Positions 25,358 through 37,500 of a stretch of 64,000 nucleotides of DNA are shown here, piece after piece. How positions within the stretch are numbered: position 1 is the stretch's first letter; each line of letters opens with the position of its first letter. A model generated the notes under the pieces. It was given only the letters and a program-made list of their open reading frames with translations. It made no database searches and was not told the DNA's origin. A program made the position numbers and the translations under genes. The stretch is from Parasitella parasitica NRRL 2501 (Eukaryota; Fungi; Mucoromycota), in the NCBI GenBank assembly GCA_025201805.1, contig MU619265.1:83892-147891 (forward strand), written 5' to 3'.

Positions 25358-27226
25358 ATGTCGACAACAGAATGGACTATATTAGAAAAGTTGCTACTTT
25401 CACAAGCAGTGTACAAGTACGGAGAAGACAATTGGTTTCAAATAGCCAAAAACCTTAAGCACCACGCTTTGCTAGATCGTCCTTCAGACTATTTTAATCA
25501 AAAGGTAACATCCAGCAAACCGCAAGCAATAAACGAATACTAACAACAAGATCAACATAAGAACTGTTCACATCAATATTACTCAATGGTACGAGACATT
25601 AACAAAGAAAAGTAATGTTTTTAATGTGAAAAAGTACAACTGTCTTGTATATCAACGCATATTTGTTCTTGTAGGAGCAGTTCTTTGTCAAATGATATGC
25701 CAGCAGTAGTTCAATTAGCACGACACCTGTATAATTTAAGACTCGATGAACTGAAAAAGGCTATAAATGAAGACGAAGAAAAGTTTTTGTCGTTAGTGGC
25801 AGAGATTGACGACATTCGAGCTGGGAAATGGGATAATCAATTGTTAGGCTTATCATCAACTTCCGAAAAGGATGCAACGTCGACAGAAGCAGAATCTGCT
25901 AATACGCCTGCAGAATTAGAAACAAACGCAACAGCGCAGACACAAGCATCGGATAACACAGTTTTGTCGACAACATCCCCAACCACATCTACAAATACAT
26001 CCGACAAGCAATCAACGCCAATCCCAACAGGCCAAAATTTTGATAATTTAGCACAACAAGAAATTGCAGCGGAAGAAGCTGTCAAAGTGGAATCAGAAAA
26101 TATAGAAAACGAAACAAGAGATGTTCACACAGAGGATGTGCTTCCAATTATTACCGAAGAACAGCAAAATGATATTACGGAAATTGACGAGAGGCCACCT
26201 ACCCTAACAAATCAAGATGTCAAAACTCCCACTGCAGAGACGCTGCCAAGAGATATCGGATCGACTGAACTTCTTGAAGCTAAACAGCCTTTATCGCCAA
26301 TAAATCAATCAAATGCCGAGGATATCAGCGAACCAGTTTCACTAAAACGTCATTTAGATGAAAATGGTGGCGTTGAAGTGTCAGACTTCAAGAGACAGAG
26401 GATTGAGAATCAACCAGCGTTTATCGCGGAAACCGTAGCAGGTAAACCAAACAAGTGTCTGTGGAGATTCTTTTGTTTTTAAAATTGTAGTAGAAAAATT
26501 GGCCCAACATACAGACAGAGAGGAGGCTAGATACGTAGACAGTAAAAAGAGCAGAGCAGATGAGCATGAACCTCTTCAAATTGATACGAGTAGGACCGAC
26601 TATTCTACAGGTAAATGAGTGCAATATGATGGCATCAAAGGGCAGGTATTTATTGTCCTGCGTTTAGATATGAGTCGAGGTACAACACCAGCAGATCTCC
26701 GAGATGGAACTGAGAGCGTTGCAGGCAGCGAGAGTAATGCAGCGACACCTACAAACGAGCGCAGCAGACGAAGGGACGACCAACGAAACAAATCATGGCT
26801 TAAAAATATCAACCTGCTATGGCGTGAGATTGCGAATCACAAAAACGGCGCCATGTTTATGAATCCTATCAAAGAAAATATCGCTCCACACTACTATGAG
26901 ATTGTGAAAAGGCCGATGGATCTCAAAACGATCAAGAACCGGATTCGAGATGGGGTAAAGCACTATTGACATGCCATAAAAGTGTAAAATGCTGATATAT
27001 GGTTCCTTAGATTATCAACTCAACAATTGAATTTGAACGGGATGTTGTGCTTATGCTGAATAATTCTCTCATGTACAACAAGGAAGGCACTGAAGTGTAC
27101 CAATTAGCCAAGGAAATGCTGGACGATGCTGTTGAACAGATCAAAGTGTTCAAAATGGCAGACACAGATACAACAGCTAGTTCGCACACTAGAGCTGCTA
27201 CAAAGAAGAGTGCTGTGCCTGAATAA
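25358..27226 (+). CDS. BRD8-like protein: N-terminal SANT/Myb-like domain and C-terminal bromodomain, multi-exon
   Basis: WTILEKLLLSQAVYKYGEDNW; bromodomain IANHKNGAMFMNPI...YYEIVKRPMDLKTIK...LMLNNSLMYN; stop at 27224-27226. Confidence 0.88.
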
Positions 27227-27413
27227 GCGCTTGATGGTAAAAGGGGTATATGTATTCGGTATTTTATTTGCTTTGGTGTGTGTGTCCTATATAGTATAAA
27301 TATATTCATAATCTGATTCGAGTAAATAATAATGATGATAAGTTGGCATGCCAAACAGTCTTTTTTTCTTTTCTTTTCTTTTCTTTTCTTATTTTTTTTT
27401 GGTGTTAAAAAGC

Positions 27414-29759
27414 TCAAGTTTTGGCCATGTTGTTTTTATGATTGTGGTTGTGGTTGTGGTTGTGGTGTCCACGAGCCTGCCGCGACTTTTCAAATTCACC
27501 GTCCATCATTGTACTAGAATCCAACTCATCTTCGTCCAAAGTTTCAAGTGCATAACCCTGCCATTCATGTTCTTGAACCTTGAGTGCACTTTCTCTTTGC
27601 CAGGTAGCTTCCATTTTAGTTGCATGGTAGCCTTTCCATTCCTCAGATGTCTCTGACTGAGAAGATGCACGGCGAGGACTACCTGTGCTGCTAATAGGTC
27701 CAGGGTAGCCGTTCCAAACCTCTTCAATCTCTTCGTCTTTCTGGCCAGAAGGGACAGGATATCCACCCCATTTTTCGGATTCCGTGTTTGTGTTTGATGC
27801 TGCTTCAGGGATTGGGTACCCAAACCACTGCTCATCTGTGGTGTTTGTAGTGACGCTATTGGCTTTTTCCTTTTTACCAGGAACAAATTCGGGTGCTGTA
27901 GGGGACAATCTAGACTTTTCTTTGCAAACAGAGGTGGAGTCGGATTGAGAAGCACCTGGAGAGGCGTGTGAGGTCTTTATTTCCTGAGAATCGTCTGTAG
28001 ACGCAATTTGCTGATTCTTGGTAACATCCACTTTTTTCAATCCCGTGTCTTGATTTTCAACTTGTTTTAGCTCAATAAGCTCCTCGACGTTGTTGGGCTC
28101 ATCAGACAAAGGATCCGATGCACTTTCTGCTTTTACTGCGCAAGCTTCAGCATGATGCTCTTTAGGCGGCTCATTCGAAAGCTCTTGTTCAACTGCAGCA
28201 GTGGCCTCTGTTGTTGCTGGATGTAGTGTAACCTCGTGCTCGTCAATTACTGTTTCCTCAAGATCGTCCGACGATTTATTTGCAGGTTCATTACTGACAG
28301 TTGCTTCAAATGCTTCAGGTCTGCCTGCATCGCTGCCATTCTGATCGTCGTCGTCATTTTCACTATCAGAAACATTATGTTTAGACAGAGTACTTTCAAC
28401 AGACATGTCGACTAATTCTTGCTCTATTGAGTCATCTTGATGATCTAACGGCACAACGCTGGTGCGTCTGGAAGCAGCTTTACTGACTGGTGGCTGAATG
28501 AACCTGGTCTCTTCAAATTCATCTGAATCACAAGTGATTGTTTCTCCCGCTTTCAGAGGCTCCACCTCCATACTTTCATTAATGAGTTGATCTTTACGGA
28601 GATAAGCACGTGATACAAGCCAGTGATGAGTAAGCTGTTCTCCAGGTGCTAAATGATTGAGGTTGGCTACAGGAATAACGGCAGCACGTAGGCCTTCAAT
28701 GTGAATAGCCTTGTTAGCGCTGGCGGCCATTGAGGCTCGCTTATTGTTGGGTTTCATTTGAAATAGTCCACCGGCTGAGAGAATTTCTTCCAACGAAAGG
28801 TCGCTTGTGCAGATATTTTGCTGGCATAATTCTAAAATCGATAACTCCATATTGAGCTTGCGAGCACCAGGAGCAGAGAGGACAATATCACCCAGGGATA
28901 GCTGATCATCATTATCACCAGCAGTATACGCAGTAGCGATGGAGCGAATAGATAGTAAATGGGGCTGTATCCAAGGCACGGCGATCATCATGCTTCCGTG
29001 TCCTTGCACATACATTTCCAACTTGCTTCTTAATGCTACTTGGTATGCTGCATAGCTCTTGGCGGGAGACACTAGGTTTGCCAGCTCGCGGAACATGTCT
29101 TTTGTCCGAGAATTGCTGCAATTATGCCACAGCTTTTTGTTTAATCTTCTCACCTCAGGGAATGTGAGTGCCTTCATGATGGCAGCGAAGCCAGAGAAAT
29201 CGCGATATGCATGCAGCAGTAAATAAGCCACACGCACAAAGTGAGTGACGAGAGAGTCCTTTGTGGGATGCACAGGCGGTACTACATCAGCAGCAAGCTC
29301 TAAATTACTCACAAGCTCGGCCCAGTAAATGAGCTGATGGGCAACGCTGTGTGCCAAATAATGATGAAAATCAACTAAACGGTTGAGTTTGGTCTGCTCC
29401 TTGTCCAGTTGCGAAAGGGAGCGCTTATCCAGGAATGCATTGCCATAAAGTTGGCAATCGATAACTGCGATCTGGCGGGCGAGTGCATCCGAGTCCCAGA
29501 ACAACGCAGTTGCTGCTTCCACAGATTGCATTTTGCGAGTAAGTGAGTTGAGGCGATGAGCTTCCACTTTTGAAGTTTCTAGCAGACCCCTTAGTACACC
29601 TACTTGAACAGGAGGGTTTGCCTTTTTGGCCTCTGTTAGTTTCTCGGTGGCCACATTAAGCGCATTAGAACATATGATATAGGATTGGGCGATAGGAGAC
29701 AACGGGATTACAGGAAGACCATTAGTCGCATCAGTGTTGTTATTGGCTGTGGACGCCAT
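27414..29759 (-). CDS. RasGEF (CDC25)-like domain protein with acidic tail, PAM2 motif and WxGY repeats
   Basis: Intronless 781-aa ORF. LARQIAVID, HFVRVAYLL..YRDFSGFAAIMKALTFPEVRRL, LVSPAKSYAAY and VPWIQPHL are divergent RasGEF motifs; SRLSPTAPEFVPG fits PAM2. Confidence 0.75.
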   Translation of the reverse strand: MASTANNNTDATNGLPVIPLSPIAQSYIICSNALNVATEKLTEAKKANPPVQVGVLRGLLETSKVEAHRLNSLTRKMQSVEAATALFWDSDALARQIAVIDCQLYGNAFLDKRSLSQLDKEQTKLNRLVDFHHYLAHSVAHQLIYWAELVSNLELAADVVPPVHPTKDSLVTHFVRVAYLLLHAYRDFSGFAAIMKALTFPEVRRLNKKLWHNCSNSRTKDMFRELANLVSPAKSYAAYQVALRSKLEMYVQGHGSMMIAVPWIQPHLLSIRSIATAYTAGDNDDQLSLGDIVLSAPGARKLNMELSILELCQQNICTSDLSLEEILSAGGLFQMKPNNKRASMAASANKAIHIEGLRAAVIPVANLNHLAPGEQLTHHWLVSRAYLRKDQLINESMEVEPLKAGETITCDSDEFEETRFIQPPVSKAASRRTSVVPLDHQDDSIEQELVDMSVESTLSKHNVSDSENDDDDQNGSDAGRPEAFEATVSNEPANKSSDDLEETVIDEHEVTLHPATTEATAAVEQELSNEPPKEHHAEACAVKAESASDPLSDEPNNVEELIELKQVENQDTGLKKVDVTKNQQIASTDDSQEIKTSHASPGASQSDSTSVCKEKSRLSPTAPEFVPGKKEKANSVTTNTTDEQWFGYPIPEAASNTNTESEKWGGYPVPSGQKDEEIEEVWNGYPGPISSTGSPRRASSQSETSEEWKGYHATKMEATWQRESALKVQEHEWQGYALETLDEDELDSSTMMDGEFEKSRQARGHHNHNHNHNHKNNMAKT

Positions 29760-29956
29760 TTTGTCTGTTGAATATAATAAAGCCGATTATTGTAGAGGAA
29801 GAGAAAAAGAAAAGAAAAAGAGAGGGCGAGCCATGAGTGTGAAAACACGGGATGTCTCATTTTAAATAAAGAGGAGTGTGGAGTTTGTTTATTCTTGTGC
29901 TTCCCACTCTTTTGATTATCCTCTTTCCTTCTAGAACTATGGCATTCTGCATTATC

Positions 29957-31572
29957 ATGCTTGAAGTACCATTTGAGGTTGTAGAACAGATAGTAACTGC
30001 TCTGCCCAGTGACACCAAAATCCAGTGTTTATTTGTATCCAAAAGATGGCATGCAGGTTATTGGCCTACACCGATTCTTCTTCCGTGCGGCGATAATCAA
30101 GCAGAGAAGACAACTGGAGCAATTTATGCGTGTTATCATTAGTTCAAAATAAAGTTCCCGCTGCCAGCGTCCGAGAGTTCTACTATTTGCATCCGTCAGC
30201 CTTGACGATCAAAGATATTTAACTAATCGGCACGCATTGTTCGTATATCGAAATGCTTAAATTTGAATCGTGGAAACATTACAAACCATTTGCATTATCT
30301 CAATTCAAGAATATTGAGCAAATGCCATTCTTCACGATTAAGTCTAGCAAGTCTTTGTCTCTTGCAAGATGGGCTAACACGGCTCATTAGCATCTATGAC
30401 AACCTAACCCGCCTATATGTCCAAGGATGCTACGACGTGTTAACACACTCCTCTAAGATATAAATCGGTTTTGCTACCTGGAACACGATCCACTTGGAAT
30501 GCAAACGTCTAACAAGCGTTCGGTTCAGGATAGTGACGCTTACGGCTAGCTACTGAATTGCAAATCGAAACAATGAAGAAAATGATCCCAACGCAATGCG
30601 GTTCCGGTAAAGCCAAAAATGAAGCGTCTGGCCTTGAGACGCTTAGACCTCTGGCTGTCTTGCTTTAGTAGAATGTATCTGAAGCCATCATTGCTGGATT
30701 TGCATTTTCGACCAAACTGGTTAAGAATTTAACCAGGACCTTTGCCATAGGACATCTATTGACATGGCCTACCAGATGATTAGCCTCCACACGCTTATCT
30801 TGGACTCTGTCGAGGTATCCCGTTTCACGGGACAAGACTTTTTTTAAGCATCCTAAAAGAAAAGCAAGTGTGTAGAGATGCGCTAACTTTCAGATATAAG
30901 GCGGACAAATTCTTTTCTGGAAACATGTTTGATGAATGCACACTCAAGTCGATTGTCAATGGTCAGCGCTGTTCCCTCAAGGCATTAGGTGTCAATATGT
31001 GGATTGGGTCACACCATAATTTTGAAGAATTCTTAAGGCCCTTGTCGCTCTGCTCTCAACTTATTGAATTGAAGCTTTGCAGCGATGACGATGTCAATTT
31101 CAATTACAATCCTGTCTCTATCGATATGATTTTGGATCAATGCTCCCGCTTAACAAAATTGGGATAAGACCACTGTGCCTTGGTCATCAACGACAAACAT
31201 CCTATGCACGGTACTTATCCATTGAAGAAACTCCATCTCTCGGTTTGCCGTATACCTACCTTATTTTGCTTACACTCAGATCTAGACCCAATCCCAATCC
31301 GATAGCCTTGTCTATTTGTCACAATAAGAGCAGCTTTGGTACTTATCACCACCCGTAAACAAGCCATTTGCATGTTTTAACAGCAGAAAAGCTATTGTAC
31401 ATGGCAAGCAAAGAAATGGGTATATTTTGAAGAGCAAAACGTTTCTATCTTTCAAATATAGATGTCATCCGTCGGAAACAGCCAAGTATGAAATATAGCT
31501 TGCTGGTTGCTCCTTATTCAAAAATGTACGCACTTGGATGCGTTATTTGTGTTTTCTGTACCCAGCAGTTGA
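29957..31572 (+). pseudogene. F-box/LRR protein pseudogene (end approximate)
   Basis: F-box start MLEVPFEVVEQIVTALPSDTKIQCLFVSKRW followed by a frameshift. LRR-like fragments (CSQLIELKL, ILDQCSRLTKL) are broken by stops and frameshifts. Confidence 0.7.
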
Positions 31573-31695
31573 TGTATATAGACATAAAACGAGAACAAAA
31601 CACCCGTTTTGTGCTTCGTGATTATTACTACCTGCTGAGTGGAACTTGATTTCCACCAAAAGCTATGTTTTTGTGCTACATGATCATAAATAACA

Positions 31696-32085
31696 GATAT
31701 TGGCTCATAAATTCTGCTGAAAGCACAGTAGAACCGAGATCAAACTTGGAGAACATAGTGTTGACTCGCCACTATCTGATAATAACACAAATTTACATAT
31801 CAAAATTGGATGTAGTCGCTGATAGGCTGCGATAAAAAGCAAAATAAACTCTATCTTATGCACCATCGAAACAGGCATGGTTATATCGCTATCTGAGCAT
31901 AACTTGATTTCCCTCGGGCGACCTGTCTATCAAAAATTATGTGCAAGAACAGTTTTTTTGTTTCATAATGAATATTAGATATTTGGTGATAAACTCTACT
32001 AAAAGCACTGCAGAATAGCAGAACCGCGATCCAACTTGGAAATCTTAGCGTTGACTTGGCGTTTCTATCCGGCAACAACAAATTC
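31696..32085. repeat. Two imperfect direct repeats of about 100 bp (about 31696-31794 and about 31977-32085)
   Basis: aaagcac..tagaaccgagatcaaacttggagaacatagtgttgactcgc versus aaagcac..cagaaccgcgatccaacttggaaatcttagcgttgacttggc. Confidence 0.7.
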
Positions 32086-33365
32086 AAGAAAACAGATATA
32101 TTCTTTGTAAATGGATTACTTGGCGAAATAGATAATGACCCTCTTTTGACTCTGTTGCTATTGCAAATATGATACTCCCACGTACAAGGTCACCATGCAA
32201 ATTGGCTGCCCTCTGGAAATTTTGCCTGCTAAGGTTCTGGTAGAACGATTTTGCATTGGACACGCACTATTATTTATTAACTGTAAACAATACCCAGAGA
32301 ACTGGGATGTCTACCGACTCTAACATCTGCAACATTCTAACAAGGTAAAATATTAAAACGAGGTAAAACCCACCGCCATCATCGAGTATGACAGAATGGC
32401 GATATAAAACATCTTTGCTTCTGAAGCGAAACAGGCTTGTGGTAGTACCGTGATGCGGCACAGACCAGCTTATCGAATAAACAATTATACATATTTTGAG
32501 AAAAAAAGAGGCGGGCTAGTTGTTTATTTTTTCAGTACCTTATCAATTCCTAAAATAGTGTTATGATAAAGAGTGCGACGTTTATCGCACGGTATAATGC
32601 AAACGACCATGTAAAATACATTTTATACGCATTGCTATTTGTGGATGCACAATTTTAACAGCAAACTGCTACCTTTTTGATATATAAAATCGTGCGCTTT
32701 CAATAGATACTTCGAATGATACATGGATCTAAAAGACATTGTACACCCATGACGACGACAAAAACTAAATTAGTAAAAATCAAGAAATCGGCTGACGTTC
32801 GTTGCTACCTAAGTTCAGCTTTTAGACCACCTTTTGATAATAAAATAGCTCAAATAGTACATTAGGTCACAACCGATTGCTCAAGTATCAGTATACATTG
32901 TATTCTATAGCGACAAGTAATGACATATGCACAATAATGTTTATTGAGGTATAGACATTTGATGCTTTGAAATAAATTTTAAAATGAATCATCAAGACGG
33001 TTTGACTCGAGTGATTATTCAAATTTATTGTGCATCTATTTATTGAAGAAAAAGCGTAAAAAATAGCTACAGTACATAATTAGACTAAGCAAGTAGTTAT
33101 TGGATGACTTTTGTTTCGTCCAAGAAGAATGGCTTTTGAGCGAAACAGACAGAACAACGGATTGTGTACGCTTTTGGGTTTGCTACAAAACCGTGTTTGG
33201 TCTAGTTAAATATGTTACAAAAGACTTAATTTTGGTTGCTGTATGTACAAAATTTTTTTATATAAAAGTTTAGAAATGAAAGGGAAAAAAGCAAAAAGGG
33301 CTAGGATATATGTCTAAAGTGAATGCAACGTCTTGCGAATAATGAAGATAGATATGATAGAGGAA

Positions 33366-33770
33366 TTATTCATAAGATAAAGGAGGTGAACAAAGATCAA
33401 ATTCGTTTGGGCTAATCTTGCTTGCAAAAAATCTTCTTTCTTGCAAATTTTGCATTTGACAGATAACTTGATATTCTTTCATTTTCATCTTTGATTCTTC
33501 TTGGCGACGTCTATCTTCTTCAACTTTGCATAACTGTATTAACTGAACAATATCAGGTTGTGAATCAAACTGTGATAAAAGCTGGCACCAATTGTTGACA
33601 CTGGCTCTTCTTGTTGGCTCAGTTAGCTGTTGATCACTCAAATCTGACGTGATACTTAATTTTCTGCAACTATCTCTCCTTTCAATGAAGATGCCAGCCG
33701 TGGTTTCAAGTGGATGTAAGTATGAGTTGCTATAAAAACTTGAATTGTTTATGGTGCTTGTAGGAGACAT
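33366..33770 (-). CDS. Small uncharacterised protein with a coiled-coil (KVEEDRRRQEE) motif
   Basis: Single-exon 134-aa ORF; RRDS and RRAS basophilic kinase sites; charged helix. Confidence 0.65.
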   Translation of the reverse strand: MSPTSTINNSSFYSNSYLHPLETTAGIFIERRDSCRKLSITSDLSDQQLTEPTRRASVNNWCQLLSQFDSQPDIVQLIQLCKVEEDRRRQEESKMKMKEYQVICQMQNLQERRFFASKISPNEFDLCSPPLSYE

Positions 33771-34529
33771 GCTAAAATTTGTAGTCTAAGGAAAAAGTGA
33801 AGGATATGTTAGGAAGATAACATTTAGAAATTAAGTGGAGCTTTTATACCGATATGGAAGATGTCCTATTCCAGGGGCGGAAAGGGCATTAGCCAGACCC
33901 TTAATTTCCCGCCACTTACTTGGTATATCTCGCGTAATCTTATCGATCGTAGCAGACACTTGAGTATGTTATCATTGACTAAAGATATTAAACTATTAGC
34001 AACAACCATCCAAAATAAATGTTTTCAGTTGCTATCAATTTCTTTTCGTAATTTATCAACCCAATCCACGTATCTAGATATTCAAATGTGCTGATGTATA
34101 AATCTTTGGTAAATCAAACGTAAATTCCCGTATTCTCCCGCCAAATAACATTTCAAGCTTTTGCCACTTTATTATTCTGAAATGTTTATCTGGAACATTG
34201 ACCTTGAAATATTTGATTCCCTTATCATCATCATTTTAATAATTTACAACAACGGCATCTTCCCGAATTAAATAGCTAATCAAAGCGTCATAAGAAAGCT
34301 GTTCCTCTTAATTTGGAAAGCTGTATTTTGGACTTATCTTACCGGAATGTATGTGATTTATCTAGATAAAAAAAGCATACAATTGAACAGATATGTTGTG
34401 ACATGAAAAATGAGTGCCTATCTCTGCTCATATTTGTGGATTCTCATTTTATACAAAGATCGTTCCAGGACAACCATTTTCTGCGGCTATGACTACGTAA
34501 GTTTTGATTCTTTCAGATTGGTTTGTTTG

Positions 34530-37500
34530 GCGCTCGATTAGCACAAGTGGGCCTATTTAATGTTTCGGTGTTAATCATGCTTTAAAGTGAGCTTTACATC
34601 TGCTTTTATTGTTGAGTCTATGAAAAAATTAGCTACACCACTTAAAATGTATTCTTCTGATACACAGAAGAGGATTTATAAAAGTGCATTGGAAATTAAT
34701 TTAAAGGCAGTGGATAGGTGTGCGAGACATCTTTCCCAAAACACGGTATATGTAGCGACAAATGGACACTATACAGTACCATAACTAAAAAAAAATATTT
34801 TTAGAAAAAAAATATTTTATTTCCTTCAATTAAAAATGCAAAATAGTCGAAAACCTTCCTAATTCAGAAGGTAATAACTGAATATTTCCCTACATTTGAG
34901 ACAGTAAAATTAAATCCTGACTTGCCACGAAATCTCGTTATTATTAGAGCCCTGAAGTTAGAAATCATGTATAAACCTTCACATTTTCGATTTATTCTAT
35001 TAAAAAACAATACATATCAACCATTATTTAGCTTGTTAATAATGTGCCAACTATGTCATTCGCTTTTAATGGTCGCAAAAGACGCCTTATTGCTATTAAT
35101 GATGAAGAAGAACAAATCCCAGATCAGTCGTGAGTCTTGCGGACAAATCAGCACTTGAACAGCCAATTTACTTTCATGATGCATGCACTCAACAACAATC
35201 ATAACCAAGAAGTTATGCATAAATCTCACCATAATTCTCTGTTAAATGCAATGTCTTTTCAGTTACATCAGCAAAATCGACGACTAAAGACAAGACAGCA
35301 ACGAGACATAATCCAAACATTGAAAACAAGCCAGTGATTCCTGAAATTGCAGCTACAGCTTGCTTTGGCAGGCTAGGGACACGGTAGATTGATAAATTGA
35401 GATTCTGGACCAACAAAGGTAAAAACTGGTTGCAAACACGACATCCCATCCAAAACTCGAAGGTTTTCTTTTCTTAGCGTTATTGTATGTCTGCCGCCAA
35501 ACATGAAGTTCAAAAAAAACAGTTAGAATGTTACGTTGCAGGCTCAGCTATCATCAATCCTCCAGCTTCGTTTCTAAAGCCATCCAGTGGGCTTCGAAGC
35601 AAAGTCCAGACATCCAAAGAGAAAACGGATTACTGGAATGCCCTGCAGTTGCAATTTCGAATCTGTCTTCTATGCTCAATTGTACATTGCAGAAAGAAAA
35701 ATGGAGACTATGATGAGCTGTATATCTCTTTATTGAAAAGTACTAAAATACATAAAGGCGTAGTGCAAGAAGCAGAAGCAAAAATCAAGAGTCCAGGAAA
35801 AATCACAACGATGTTAAGCACTGTGTATACACAGAATAAAAAGGCTGGAAGCCCAAAGAAGAATTATGAGTACTGGACAGAATTTGTGGAGAAGAACTTC
35901 CAGTCTCTTTTGGATTTACCAGAAAAGAATGATGGTAGCAATGATGATAAAGACAGTGAAGATAGTGAAGATGAAGACAATGATGANNNNNNNNNNTTTG
36001 CTGAGTATACATTTGAATCTAATGACGGCAACATTGAACTTGTCTACGATGGTGGAAACAGCATTGCGTCAATATTGCCAGAAGGGTATTTAGAGAAAGA
36101 CATCACTGTACCAAAGCCATTAGATTCCAGCTCTCTTCACAATGACGAGTTCAATGCTTATTATCAATCGCTGTTTCTAGAACCCCACTTGGAACAAATG
36201 CACTCAACATACTATGGTCAAGTGGGTATTGAAGAGTCCACCCTTGAAAAGTCGCCTCTCCACAAGGCAATTGTAAACGTTTTGGGTCGTGATGAAGCCA
36301 ACCCACATCAAAATTTGTCCTCGCACATTATGAAGATGGCTCGCCAACAGTATTGCACGAATCTTCGTATTATGTGGTCCGAAAATACTATTGTCAGCAA
36401 GCTACTTAGAAAGCTCTTGAACTTCTTGCTGTTGATTCATTTATCTCCCGATCAAGACCATGCTATCAAGGCGAAGAAGACTGAAAGAGAATCGACCAAG
36501 CTTCGAAAAAACCATAAAGGCAAACAGAGAGTGACAAATTGCAGTATCCCAATGGCAGAAATTTCAGTGCTGAACAAGACAAAAAATGGAAGACGAAAGC
36601 TGTTTTCTGATGAAAAGAAGCTAAAAGCCAAGTATGAAGAGAAAGGGAAGCATGAGGCAACAGATATGTGCCAAATGAGAATCGATACATATGAGCAAGT
36701 ACTTAAAAGAGAGGTAGGGGTCGTCTGGTTTTCAAAGGAAGTCATAATGTCGTAACTCGGAATGTATGTAGCAAGCGGAAAGAGACAGAAATCCAAGACA
36801 GCAACAGCAACAGCAGCAGCAGCAACAGCAGCAGCAGCAGAAGCAAGGAAAGCGTCAAGAAAGCGATACTGATGATAGAGAGGACTACGAAAAAGGGAAC
36901 AATACTAATGTCTCTAGAAAAAGAATCAGTCAGTTAGTCAACATTGCAAGATCAGCATTGTTTGCCACGCAAGATATCACAGACGCATACCTCCAAGATC
37001 AGGATGAACACATCACCACACAAGAATCTGCAACAATCATCAAAATTACTAGCTTCATTCAGCCATACATACCATCAAGCGAGACTTATCATCTCCTTCC
37101 ATGCCAACTCAAGTTCATCTTGATGGCAAACCAAGTACTGCGCTCTATCGGCTATGAAGGCCAAGTTGCTAAATTTATGCACTTTTGTGCTCGAGAAAAC
37201 TTTCAAAACGGATGCATCTTCGAGATTTTCAAGGCAATTACGTAAAGCATAAAGACGCCAACGCTAAAAAAGATGCCGTCTTTAGCAGTTTCTTTAGCAT
37301 TGACAAACTGAAAAGCGTGACATCAAGCTATGGTATGGAGTTTGTAAATAGAATACACATCTTACCAGGATCGAAGACTGTCAGATTGTATGGCAGCATT
37401 GGCCATTTCAAGTCTAGTCGCAGGAACCCAGAAACAAAAAGCAAGCTGAGCCATCATACAGATGACGACCAGTTACGAGCTATGAAGGCTCAAAAGAAGG

